Assembly: GCA_030649135.1 (NCBI GenBank)
Contig: JAUSGI010000007.1
Location: 1-51,165, forward strand
DNA from: a bacterium
Lineage (GTDB): Bacteria > Patescibacteriota > Minisyncoccia > Phycocordibacterales > Zambryskibacteraceae
Direction: 5' to 3'
Length of the DNA stretch: 51,165 nucleotides
Below the pieces are notes generated by a model that saw only the letters and a program-made list of their open reading frames with translations, did not search any database and was not told the DNA's origin. This document shows, piece by piece, positions 1 to 9,105 of this stretch. Numbering within the stretch: position 1 is the first letter of the stretch; each line of letters begins with the position of its first letter. The position numbers and the translations under genes are program-made.

Positions 1-1466
<1,466 letters not shown>

Positions 1467-1714
1467 AGGAAACTTAAAAACCACTTACTAATTATTTGAG
1501 TATTTGGCCACCCCGTCCAGGCGTGACCAAATCCTGCTCTGTCCTGCTAAATGAAATCAATTTCATTTAGCACATTAACACCCTCCTACAATCAGAGAGT
1601 GCCAATCTTTGTTCCATCTCCGGATGCGAAAAGACCCACTTGGTCCAATCATCCGTGATGGTATTTAATTGTTAAAGATCCTTGCCCCGCCATGGCGGGG
1701 TGAATCAAAAATGG

Positions 1715-1748
1715 AAACCCCCGCCTCTCTCGAGGCGGGGGTTTTAAC
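1715..1748. terminator. Perfect GC hairpin (cccccgcctc/gaggcggggg) flanked by A-run and T-run within the 23S leader
   Basis: 10-bp perfect stem at 1718-1727/1732-1741, loop tctc, then tttt. It could be a bidirectional terminator or an rRNA leader processing stem. Confidence 0.4.
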
Positions 1749-1823
1749 CCACAAGATAGCCAATGGCTATCTATGCCGCTTCGATAAAAGTTGTAGGTTT
1801 CTTAACATTTTTGATTAGTAGCT

Positions 1824-1852
1824 ATCTTATACCCTATCGAATTTGGTGTCAA
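1824..1852 (-). promoter_or_regulatory. Candidate sigma70-like promoter upstream of 23S (TTGACA-17-TAAGAT on minus strand)
   Basis: Minus-strand reading gives ttgaca ccaaattcgatagggta taagat, about 360 nt upstream of the mature 23S 5' end. Confidence 0.3.
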
Positions 1853-1879
1853 CAATGAAATGGAGGGCTGGAATTCGTA

Positions 1880-1912
1880 TAAAACAAAGCCGCGATGCTG
1901 TGCCATCGCGGC
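1880..1912 (-). terminator. Rho-independent terminator after small peptide ORF
   Basis: 9-bp perfect stem gccgcgatg...catcgcggc followed on the minus strand by tttgtttta. Confidence 0.5.
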
Positions 1913-1950
1913 AGGTGCTGAGGTATGCACCCAACCCTTGAACTCCTCGG

Positions 1951-2067
1951 TCAGAGGAGGCGGAGGAGGTTCGACAAAATGATGTAGACGAGGGCACCCG
2001 CGCCAAGCACGAACGCCACGAGAATCGCCCCCTTTAGTGCAGTAGTCTTGATCTCCTCAATGTCCAT
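1951..2067 (-). CDS. Unannotated 38-aa hydrophobic peptide (MDIEEIKTTALKGAILVAFVLGAGALVYIILSNLLRLL)
   Basis: ATG at 2067..2065 is preceded by GGGAGGAA (Shine-Dalgarno sequence). A single TM helix is predicted. The stop is followed on the minus strand by hairpin gccgcgatg/catcgcggc (1889-1912) plus a T-run. The ORF falls below the track's length cut-off. Confidence 0.4.
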   Translation of the reverse strand: MDIEEIKTTALKGAILVAFVLGAGALVYIILSNLLRLL

Positions 2068-2147
2068 GGTCGATTCCTCCCTTGTCCTGCCTCCCCTTCG
2101 ACTATACTCAGGGTGAGGACTTGCCTACTCTGCATGATAGCACATGA

Positions 2148-2531
2148 CTACTTTTTTGTCAAATTAAAATCCAGACAAACGGAGTTAACGCAATATCTCT
2201 TGCCTGTCCCCGTAGGCCCGTCATCAAATAAGTGCCCCAAATGCGCCCCACACTTTTTACAAACCACTTCCGTTCTTTTCATGCCATGAGATTCATCTTC
2301 ACGGAGCTCAATATTTTCAAGATCAGCGGGCGCATCAAACGATGGCCAACCGGTACTCGAATCAAATTTTGCATCTGATTTAAAAAGCTCTGCTCCACAA
2401 TTTTTGCACACATACATCCCCTTATCCTTCATATGTACATACTTGCCACTAAATGGCGCTTCCGTCTGCTTCTCTCTCATCACCGCGTATTCTTCCGGCG
2501 TGAGTTTATTTGTCCATTCTTCTTCCTTCAT
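2148..2531 (-). CDS. msrB: Peptide methionine sulfoxide reductase MsrB (zinc type)
   Basis: GWPSF motif, two CxxC zinc pairs ([19 protein letters not shown]) and the catalytic region are present. Confidence 0.9.
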   Translation of the reverse strand: MKEEEWTNKLTPEEYAVMREKQTEAPFSGKYVHMKDKGMYVCKNCGAELFKSDAKFDSSTGWPSFDAPADLENIELREDESHGMKRTEVVCKKCGAHLGHLFDDGPTGTGKRYCVNSVCLDFNLTKK

Positions 2532-3093
2532 ATTTTAGCGAAGTTGGCGCCTTTTGGGGCAATTGCTTTAATAATTTCGAAAATTCTTTGTGCACCTTAT
2601 CAAGTTTCGGATTAATCACTATCTGGCAGTACGGGGCATTCTTATTATTGGCGTAGTAGTCGTGGTGATAATTTTCCGCCTCGTAAAATGTTTCGAGTGG
2701 CACAACTTCTGTCACTACCGGTGCTCCCACTTGATTAGAAGCATTGATTTCAGCAATAAATTTTTCCGCCTCCGCTTTCTGCGTTTCCGTGGTGTAAAAA
2801 ATAACCGAGCGGTATTGGGTGCCTATGTCGTTACCTTGTCTGTTGAGAGTCGTGGGGTCGTGACTAGCGAAGAAAATGGTTAGTAGAGTATGGTAAGAGA
2901 TCTTGTTCGGGTCGTATTCGATATAAATGACTTCGGCGTGCCCCGTTTTACCACTTGCGACTTGCAAGTAGGTTGGATGAGCCACAGTACCACCGGCATA
3001 ACCGGGCTTTACAGACGAGACCCCTTCAAGTGCCTTAAACACTGCCTCCGTACACCAGAAACACCCGCCGCCAAATACCGCTTTCTCACTCAT
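2506..3093 (-). CDS. msrA: Peptide methionine sulfoxide reductase MsrA
   Basis: GCFWC active-site motif near the N-terminus. Its 3' end overlaps the msrB start by 26 nt. Confidence 0.9.
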   Translation of the reverse strand: MSEKAVFGGGCFWCTEAVFKALEGVSSVKPGYAGGTVAHPTYLQVASGKTGHAEVIYIEYDPNKISYHTLLTIFFASHDPTTLNRQGNDIGTQYRSVIFYTTETQKAEAEKFIAEINASNQVGAPVVTEVVPLETFYEAENYHHDYYANNKNAPYCQIVINPKLDKVHKEFSKLLKQLPQKAPTSLKYEGRRMDK

Positions 3094-3350
3094 CGTTTCT
3101 TTAGAAATGTTTCTAAATCTGACTGCCCTTGTTTAAATTCATTTTCAATGTGGGAAAGTTCCGCTCTCAACTGGTCGGCTTCGACCTTCAATTTGGCCTG
3201 CTCGGATTCGTCTCTTTGTAATTCCGCCTTTTCCCTAGTGACTTTAGGCTCTTCGTTCCTCAACTTACGTTCAAGGTCTTCGAGTCTGTGCCTTTTGTCC
3301 TCCAAATTTCTTTTCAGGTCCTCCAACTGTTGCGCGGTTGTGATGGTCAT
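3090..3350 (-). CDS. Hypothetical coiled-coil protein (86 aa, charged heptads)
   Basis: ORF with ATGA overlap to msrA. Strongly Glu/Lys/Leu/Arg-rich and helical (LEDLKRNLEDKRHRLEDLERKLR). Confidence 0.5.
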   Translation of the reverse strand: MTITTAQQLEDLKRNLEDKRHRLEDLERKLRNEEPKVTREKAELQRDESEQAKLKVEADQLRAELSHIENEFKQGQSDLETFLKKR

Positions 3351-3444
3351 TTTTTATGGGTTATTTAAATAAGTTATCCTCGGCTATTCAAGACACCATC
3401 TTGAATTTGGCTCTTGAATTACTTAGGTTAATTCTAGCACTTTT

Positions 3445-3654
3445 CTACCTATTCTTGATTACTGCCTTTGTTTTGTCCACAACAACCGGATTTTTGATAA
3501 TTTTCTTTATAGACTTCAACGCTTTCTCCACTCCCTGCTTACTTTTATAAGTCTCCCCACTGGTCATGACCTTTTTATTATTCCCGGACTTAAAAGTGAG
3601 AAAAAACTCCCTATTTTTCGCCCTACCTATCTCAATTCTATTTTTACTTGCCAT
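3445..3654 (-). CDS. DUF1508/YegP-like small protein
   Basis: 69 aa with a pattern (FKSGNNKK...SGETYKSKQGVEKALKSIKK) that resembles the UPF0339/YegP repeat. Confidence 0.5.
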   Translation of the reverse strand: MASKNRIEIGRAKNREFFLTFKSGNNKKVMTSGETYKSKQGVEKALKSIKKIIKNPVVVDKTKAVIKNR

Positions 3655-3666
3655 AGTGTTTTTATA

Positions 3667-4146
3667 TTATTTGAAAAAGTTGAGCAGTCTACTAAAGAGT
3701 CCCATTTTCTTCATCGGCTTTGGTTGTTCACTTACTAAATTGTTTATTGGTGAACTCGAACCTGTCTCTATCTTTGGGTCAACAAGAGATTGCGATTTTC
3801 CTACAGGTATCTTTTTCACTTCCTTAATCGGAGCAGATTTGGTAGGTTTAGGTTGAGTAGTTTTTACACTAGGTATAACTTTTTGCTGAACTGGTTGAAT
3901 AATCTTAGGAACAATAACTTCAGGAATTGCTTCGGGGATATACGGGAATTCTATTATTTCTCCACACATTTTCATAGAAGAATAAGAGACGCTACTCTTT
4001 CGCCAGCCGTCGTTACAAATTACGCTCCCATCGCTGTCTGACCCCGCAGCACAACTTACTCCTCCGTGACCAGAACAAGCTCCACTTGCTGAAAATACGA
4101 GCACTGGAAAGAAAATTACCAAACTTAATATCAATATTTTTTTCAT
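3667..4146 (-). CDS. Secreted hypothetical protein (signal peptide, Cys-rich head, Pro/Lys-rich tail)
   Basis: N-terminal MKKILILSLVIFFPVLVFSASGA signal peptide and a 6-Cys segment. No recognisable domain. Confidence 0.5.
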   Translation of the reverse strand: MKKILILSLVIFFPVLVFSASGACSGHGGVSCAAGSDSDGSVICNDGWRKSSVSYSSMKMCGEIIEFPYIPEAIPEVIVPKIIQPVQQKVIPSVKTTQPKPTKSAPIKEVKKIPVGKSQSLVDPKIETGSSSPINNLVSEQPKPMKKMGLFSRLLNFFK

Positions 4147-4183
4147 ATCTTCTATAGGATATCATGGAATGACTAACTAGTGA

Positions 4184-4206
4184 CCGTCTGGTATGAAGTT
4201 GGAACC
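4184..4206. repeat. Direct repeat copy 1 (CCGTCTGGTATGAAGTTGGAACC)
   Basis: Near-identical 22-bp copy at 4933-4954. The two copies bracket CDS 4207-4917. Confidence 0.7.
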
Positions 4207-4917
4207 TTACTGTGAGACATTAGAAGGGGCTTTACCATCCTGTAAATCCTGAGCTCGTATTTGTTCGGCAAGCGACTTTCCTGTTGCCCCTTCAGCTATA
4301 TAAGACATTAACAGTAGTAACGATGTTGTATAGCCAAAAATTAAAGTGTGTATAGACTCGTCAAAGTTTTCTCTAGTACCATCATCCCTGTAGATAGTAC
4401 CATCTATCCTGTACTTACCATTTTTAACATAAACCATTAGATTGGGAGTTTTATGAGTTACTGAATCTCTTAATGATATGATATCCGTAAATAATTTACT
4501 ATTTAAATGAGTTTTGAATTTACTATTGAAACCCTTATATTTCTCCTTTTTAACTTGCTTTAGGAATTTATTGAAACTAAGTTCCTCAACTCCATATTGT
4601 TCTTTTAAAAACACGAGAAGGTAATCATAAACAGAACGAGCCAGAACTAAATATCCCTCAAACAAGGCTGCCAATATTTCATGATTAACATCATGTTCAT
4701 TATTTTTAATATGTTTACCTCCTGCCTTATACAAAATATCGCCTATTAATCCAACTCTAAATAACCGAAAGAAAAGTTGGGTTGATTTTTTGTCATTACG
4801 CTTACTAAGCACCTCTTTTACAAAATAATTTAAAGCTACAGCATGAAAAGCATATGATGATGGTTTATCGAAGTTGTATTTAAAATAGTTCTTTGTTAAA
4901 TCTAAACCAATGTTCAT
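4207..4917 (-). CDS. Hypothetical protein (236 aa), bracketed by 22-bp direct repeats
   Basis: Long ORF with no motif recognised. It is mostly helical and lies in the accessory islet. Confidence 0.55.
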   Translation of the reverse strand: MNIGLDLTKNYFKYNFDKPSSYAFHAVALNYFVKEVLSKRNDKKSTQLFFRLFRVGLIGDILYKAGGKHIKNNEHDVNHEILAALFEGYLVLARSVYDYLLVFLKEQYGVEELSFNKFLKQVKKEKYKGFNSKFKTHLNSKLFTDIISLRDSVTHKTPNLMVYVKNGKYRIDGTIYRDDGTRENFDESIHTLIFGYTTSLLLLMSYIAEGATGKSLAEQIRAQDLQDGKAPSNVSQ

Positions 4918-4932
4918 GACTTTATAATCTAG

Positions 4933-4954
4933 CCGTCTGGTGCGAAGTTGGAAC
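4933..4954. repeat. Direct repeat copy 2 (CCGTCTGGTGCGAAGTTGGAAC)
   Basis: 20 of 22 positions are identical to copy 1. It lies 15 nt upstream of the start codon at 4917. Confidence 0.7.
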
Positions 4955-5157
4955 TAAAATAATGCATAATACAAATGCCACATAAAGCTAGTGCGTGTTT
5001 GTTTAGAATTGACACACCTATCCCTTTCTATTAACTCACTCACCTCACTACACATTCCAACTTGGACTGCATAATGGTAATTTTCAAGTTTAACTATTAC
5101 TAGGGCAAACCAAATAATAATTATGGCTAAAGTAACGATAGTTATATTCTTTTTCAT
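4954..5157 (-). CDS. Small membrane protein (67 aa, N-terminal TM)
   Basis: IVTLAIIIIWFALVIV TM helix. It lies 12 nt downstream of the nucleotidyltransferase gene. Confidence 0.4.
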   Translation of the reverse strand: MKKNITIVTLAIIIIWFALVIVKLENYHYAVQVGMCSEVSELIERDRCVNSKQTRTSFMWHLYYALF

Positions 5158-5169
5158 ATCATTTATTGT

Positions 5170-6348
5170 TTAAAGCTCTACTTCCCACTGTGTAGAATAT
5201 TCTTTTTGAGTCTTTTGTACATTCTCTATTTTATCGCAAATAAATTGTTTTATGCTTTGGGTATTGCTTGTCCCGCCACTTCTATCATATCCCCAAAAAT
5301 ACTCCTTCGTTATACCGTCGTTTTGTGGAGTATAAAATTCTAATTTATATGGCTCGACATCACGTTCCATCCCAGTATAAGTAAGTTTTATTAATTTTTT
5401 GTTTCGACCACCAGAGATGATCATTTCTCTAAATATATTTGAGAATGTTGACGGTCTTATCATGCGGCCTCCCATTCTAGTAACATATGCAGCTATTTCA
5501 TCGAAAAAAGTGGGGACGGATTCAGCAAAGGAATTGTGCGCTGTCTCGAATGTCATCGAACTCTGAAGAGGTACTATTAAACCGCCCCATGATTGGGCGT
5601 AGGTTTCGTAAGCTGGAAAGTTACAAAAATAATCACGCATATGTTCAAATGACCTTGAAAAATCTGTTTTTGACAAAAGCACCCTAATTATTTGGCTTCT
5701 GTTAATTTCTTCGTTTGGAGATAAAAAAATTGAATATACTAAGTCAAAAAAATCTCCCGCCTTCCTTCTGTGTAAAAGGGTAATAAACTTTGTAGCTATA
5801 ATTTCTTCAAGTTTTTGGGACCTTACTTTGGTGTCACTAAATAATTCGTGATCAGAATATGGGTGAATAATAGACCTGTACTGTGGAGGAAGACTTAAGT
5901 TCTCTCCACGAGTTACATCTACCTGTGTTTTGAGGTTGAATTTTCCATCAGAATGTATTGCCTTGAAATACATTCTTGCCTCGAGGGCATCAACCTGCAT
6001 TTTTTCCGGCAAATTTTTATCCTCGACTCTCACCTCATCAACAAAAGGGATGCCAGTCTGTTTTTCGATGGAATGTCCAATATTGTTAAGTCTTTCTTTG
6101 AGAAATTCTTTTTCAACATGACTATATGCAGAGAAGTCTAAATCCCGTGCAAATCTAGTATCAGGATAATATAGCTTACGTAATGCACCACTACCTTTAA
6201 GAGTAAGTTGTGGGGAAAGGCGTGGATCAGAGGAAACCTCCTTTATAATCCAACTTTGAATATAATCTCGCTCTACGTCTGCCGGAGTAAGTTTAAATTC
6301 TATAGCCTTTCTTTTAATTTCTTCTGTGTCAAACATTTTTGATGACAC
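5170..6348 (-). CDS. AbiEii/DUF1814-family nucleotidyltransferase (putative abortive-infection/type IV TA toxin) with ~100-aa C-terminal extension
   Basis: DYIQSWII...LKGSGALRKLYYPDTRFARDLDFS matches the AbiEii GGTAL...R.SxDxDF Pol-beta NTase signature. No AbiEi-like wHTH partner lies upstream. Confidence 0.65.
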   Translation of the reverse strand: MSSKMFDTEEIKRKAIEFKLTPADVERDYIQSWIIKEVSSDPRLSPQLTLKGSGALRKLYYPDTRFARDLDFSAYSHVEKEFLKERLNNIGHSIEKQTGIPFVDEVRVEDKNLPEKMQVDALEARMYFKAIHSDGKFNLKTQVDVTRGENLSLPPQYRSIIHPYSDHELFSDTKVRSQKLEEIIATKFITLLHRRKAGDFFDLVYSIFLSPNEEINRSQIIRVLLSKTDFSRSFEHMRDYFCNFPAYETYAQSWGGLIVPLQSSMTFETAHNSFAESVPTFFDEIAAYVTRMGGRMIRPSTFSNIFREMIISGGRNKKLIKLTYTGMERDVEPYKLEFYTPQNDGITKEYFWGYDRSGGTSNTQSIKQFICDKIENVQKTQKEYSTQWEVEL

Positions 6349-6398
6349 TAACTATGCATCTTATGGAGAAGCAAGTAAATACCCTTTTTAAGCTTAGC

Positions 6399-6863
6399 TT
6401 AACTCATCTGATCTTCTCTAATTTTAGAGGTTTCCGTATTGTTCAATGGGGCTGCGCTGTAGTGAGTGGAGATGGTAACAGTATTTGATGAATTTTGGCT
6501 CGAAGCAGCTGCGGTGGTAGTAATGTTAGTATTTGCGGAAGTTTGATTTGCGGTGGTGGAAGTAGAATTTGCTAATGTCTCTGTAGTTAAACCTGTACCA
6601 CCTACAGTTATGTAATCCTTGATATTTGAAAAAGTAACGTTGCCGATGCCGCTGACATTCTTAATATCTTCAATTTTTTCAAAGGGACCATTCGTATTTC
6701 TGTAATCTATTATTCTTTGAGCATAAGCCGGTCCAATACCGTTTAATGTCTGGAGTTCACTAGAACCCGCTATATTGATATTAACGAGCGCTGCTTGAGC
6801 ATGTAAAGCTACTGGCAGGATTACCAGCAGTATGACAACAAAATATTTTCTATAAATACGCAC
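6399..6863 (-). CDS. comEA: ComEA-like helix-hairpin-helix DNA-binding protein (GTG start)
   Basis: Signal peptide, then INIAGSSELQTLNGIGPAYAQRIIDYR...GPFEKIEDIKNVSGIG tandem HhH, then a Thr/Ser-rich tail. Confidence 0.8.
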   Translation of the reverse strand: MRIYRKYFVVILLVILPVALHAQAALVNINIAGSSELQTLNGIGPAYAQRIIDYRNTNGPFEKIEDIKNVSGIGNVTFSNIKDYITVGGTGLTTETLANSTSTTANQTSANTNITTTAAASSQNSSNTVTISTHYSAAPLNNTETSKIREDQMS

Positions 6864-7003
6864 GGGCGTAGGCGATTATTCCGATACTGAAGGAGATGAG
6901 ACACAAGAACCCGAAAAGAAACTTAAAGAAGGTCCGATCAAAATAACGCATCGCTTGATTATAAATCTCTCTAGCCCAAATATCACCCAAGTTATCCCCA
7001 GCT

Positions 7004-7678
7004 TTACCGAGGGGAGGGCTCGGTAGGTACGTCATGGAAATTTATCCAATCACGAATATCTATTTTGAATTCCGCGATAGTATTAAAATACTTAGGAAAG
7101 ACTTCTGTATTTAGAATTACGCGTTCTTCTCTGTTTCCCGAAAGATAATCCAGGTAACTGGAATAAACATAATTATTAAGAAAAGATTCTGCTTGTGGAA
7201 TATCTAGGTTCTCTTTTTTCCAATTGGTATTAAGTATTTTCAATGGATTTAAATGTATGTAAGCGAATATATATTTCAAATATTCATCGACATCTAGATG
7301 AGAAGATTTGAACTCACTGCTGAAAAGCGCGCCGGTTCTCTCGTATTTCTTATTGAAATAAGTGGAATAGGCAGTCAGAAGCTTGCTCATAAATTTTACA
7401 ATACCACCCTCTGTGATTTCTTTAATTAGCAAATGAAAATGATTTGGCATTAGACAATAGGCTCCAATGGCCACCAGTTTTTGTCCGGTCTTAACATCTT
7501 TTAACGAAAATTTCTTGGTCTCTCTGTACATAACTGGTTTTGTTCCGTTGCAGAGAAGTAATAGACGTACGAATCTTTTTCTATCAGCATCATCCGGAAA
7601 GATGGATCGTTTATCAACGCCACGGCTATATAGGTGATAAAATTCTTCAACTGAAAAAATAATTTTACGTACTGTCAT
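7004..7678 (-). CDS. tnpA: IS200-like / REP-associated tyrosine (Y1 HUH) transposase
   Basis: HUH motif LMPNHFHLL and catalytic Tyr region YIFAYIHLNP. The likely start is MTVRKI at 7678. The track's 7705 start reads through the hairpin. Confidence 0.8.
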   Translation of the reverse strand: MTVRKIIFSVEEFYHLYSRGVDKRSIFPDDADRKRFVRLLLLCNGTKPVMYRETKKFSLKDVKTGQKLVAIGAYCLMPNHFHLLIKEITEGGIVKFMSKLLTAYSTYFNKKYERTGALFSSEFKSSHLDVDEYLKYIFAYIHLNPLKILNTNWKKENLDIPQAESFLNNYVYSSYLDYLSGNREERVILNTEVFPKYFNTIAEFKIDIRDWINFHDVPTEPSPR

Positions 7679-7763
7679 ATTTCCCGAGGGGAGGGCTCGG
7701 TACATATATTGTACCTTTAAAATAGAAAAAAGTTATCCACGCTTACCGAGCCCTCCCCTCGGT
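7005..7763 (-). mobile_element. Minimal IS200/IS605-family (RAYT-like) element 1 with terminal hairpins
   Basis: Hairpin taccgag-gggaggg-ctcggta occurs at 7005-7025 and 7683-7702. An inverted copy lies at 7744-7763. These bracket a single HUH-Y1 transposase gene. Confidence 0.7.
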
Positions 7764-7775
7764 GAACGATTAACA

Positions 7776-7804
7776 CAAAAACCGCCAGAGGGCGGTTTTT
7801 TGTT
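7776..7804 (-). terminator. Rho-independent terminator (aaccgcc-agag-ggcggtt + T-run), bidirectional-looking
   Basis: 7-bp stem with an A-run upstream and T-run downstream. Downstream of the minus-strand gene 7878-8483. Confidence 0.6.
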
Positions 7805-7877
7805 TGCCCGAGAAGCGCGGGCTTCGAGGGCGTCCGAGGCCGTTAGGCCGAGGACTTTACGAGAAACGAAGCTAAAA

Positions 7878-8483
7878 TTAGTAACTGCCGCTTGTCTGTA
7901 AGGCCTGTATTTCTACTTGGAGCTGTTGAATGAGTATTGAGATGAGTTCTTGTATGAGGACTATCAGTTGACTTTTGATTGCCGCGATAGCTTCCGCATT
8001 AGCGCCCCCAACGACTACTATTGGAGCAACCACTGGAGTAGCAACTGTCGTAACACCGCCCCCTCCACCACCAGCCTCATCAGTTCTAGAAGAAGAAGCC
8101 ACTTCAGTCGGGTCGGCACAGAGAGTGGTTGAAGGGACGATGGTCACAGTGATTGTTTCACTCGTCCCCAAGAGATTATAGCCGAGTGTCGACTCTGTAC
8201 TATTGCAGATGTTTACATCTTGTCCTTGACCGGTACTGGCCGACAACTTATTGAGATTCGGTGCAGTTACTTTGAACGAAGAGTTGGCTAGAATGTCTAC
8301 TGAGAAACTATCACTCCCAACCTCAATAGATTCTATCGTTCCTGTAGAACTTGTCGCATTGATTGTAATCCCGTTCACGGAGAAAACAACATCCGTCGTT
8401 AGAGTCACGTCATTGTAGGCGGCGAAAGCCAAGCTAGGTAGAAGAAGTGTCGCAATTGAACCTGAAAGTAATAATTTTTTCAT
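7878..8483 (-). CDS. Secreted Thr/Ser-rich protein with poly-Gly linker and C-terminal Ile/Leu/Gln coiled-coil
   Basis: Signal peptide MKKLLLSGSIATLLLPSLAFA, a GGGGGG stretch, and a C-terminal AIAAIKSQLIVLIQELISILIQQLQVEIQALQ segment. Confidence 0.6.
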   Translation of the reverse strand: MKKLLLSGSIATLLLPSLAFAAYNDVTLTTDVVFSVNGITINATSSTGTIESIEVGSDSFSVDILANSSFKVTAPNLNKLSASTGQGQDVNICNSTESTLGYNLLGTSETITVTIVPSTTLCADPTEVASSSRTDEAGGGGGGVTTVATPVVAPIVVVGGANAEAIAAIKSQLIVLIQELISILIQQLQVEIQALQTSGSY

Positions 8484-8502
8484 GAGTCAGAATTGTAGAG
8501 AA

Positions 8503-8955
8503 TTAGACTGGGCAGGCACCATACTTCCATAACATAACGCCAGTTGAAAGACCTGTAGCGGCATCACCCCCTGTCCCACTTTGCCAGCTTGTGGTAGCCA
8601 TCGTCGAGGATGCGAAAGTGAGGTGAATCGGAGTTACGGTCGAGGTCGCATGCATCTCTATACATCCCACGACAAGTGTCGAGGTGGCGGAATTTGACGC
8701 TGACGTAACAGTAAGCGCTCCATCACCACCGCTCATAGTAACATCTCCGGTAAGGGTTGAGGTAAGCCCGACAGTAAGAGTTCCTGCGGTCGCCTCAATG
8801 TTACCAGCACTAGTGGTAATATTACCCGCCGTGCTAATAGCCGTACTGATGGTTGTCACGGCATTGGCCACAAGCGAAATAAACAGAACTCCAAACATTA
8901 CAGCAAGGACAACCGAAACTATTTTAGTTGTCTTATCATTATTAACTATATTCAT
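8503..8955 (-). CDS. Membrane-anchored Thr/Gly/Ser-rich repeat protein (beta-helix-like)
   Basis: N-terminal TM KIVSVVLAVMFGVLFISLV followed by T/S/G/A repeats. Confidence 0.55.
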   Translation of the reverse strand: MNIVNNDKTTKIVSVVLAVMFGVLFISLVANAVTTISTAISTAGNITTSAGNIEATAGTLTVGLTSTLTGDVTMSGGDGALTVTSASNSATSTLVVGCIEMHATSTVTPIHLTFASSTMATTSWQSGTGGDAATGLSTGVMLWKYGACPV

Positions 8956-9037
8956 ACCTAATTATTATTTGATTTATCCTACTAACACACTTGATTATCT
9001 CATAGTTCTTGAGAAAAAAAAGCAATCTTCTGTGGAT

Positions 9038-9066
9038 AACAAAAACCCCGCCGAAGCGGGGTTTTT
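9038..9066 (-). terminator. Rho-independent terminator (ccccgc-cgaa-gcgggg + TTTTT)
   Basis: Perfect 6-bp GC stem with an A-run and T-run on both sides. Downstream of minus gene 9106-11073. Confidence 0.7.
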
Positions 9067-9105
9067 GGTTTCTAGGTTAAGCCTAGAGCTCTAGTAATCC
9101 GAGGA

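Noticed and set aside
1496-2150. 16S rRNA upstream of the 23S
   Set aside because: No 16S-like conserved blocks, such as the anti-SD CCTCCT 3' end or the 530 loop, were found in the 650 bp upstream. The region holds hairpins and a small ORF instead.
6850-7035. 61-aa minus-strand ORF between the IS element and comEA
   Set aside because: Its first residues are simply the translation of the IS terminal hairpin and it overlaps the comEA start out of frame. It has no RBS and is probably spurious, though a tiny membrane peptide cannot be excluded.
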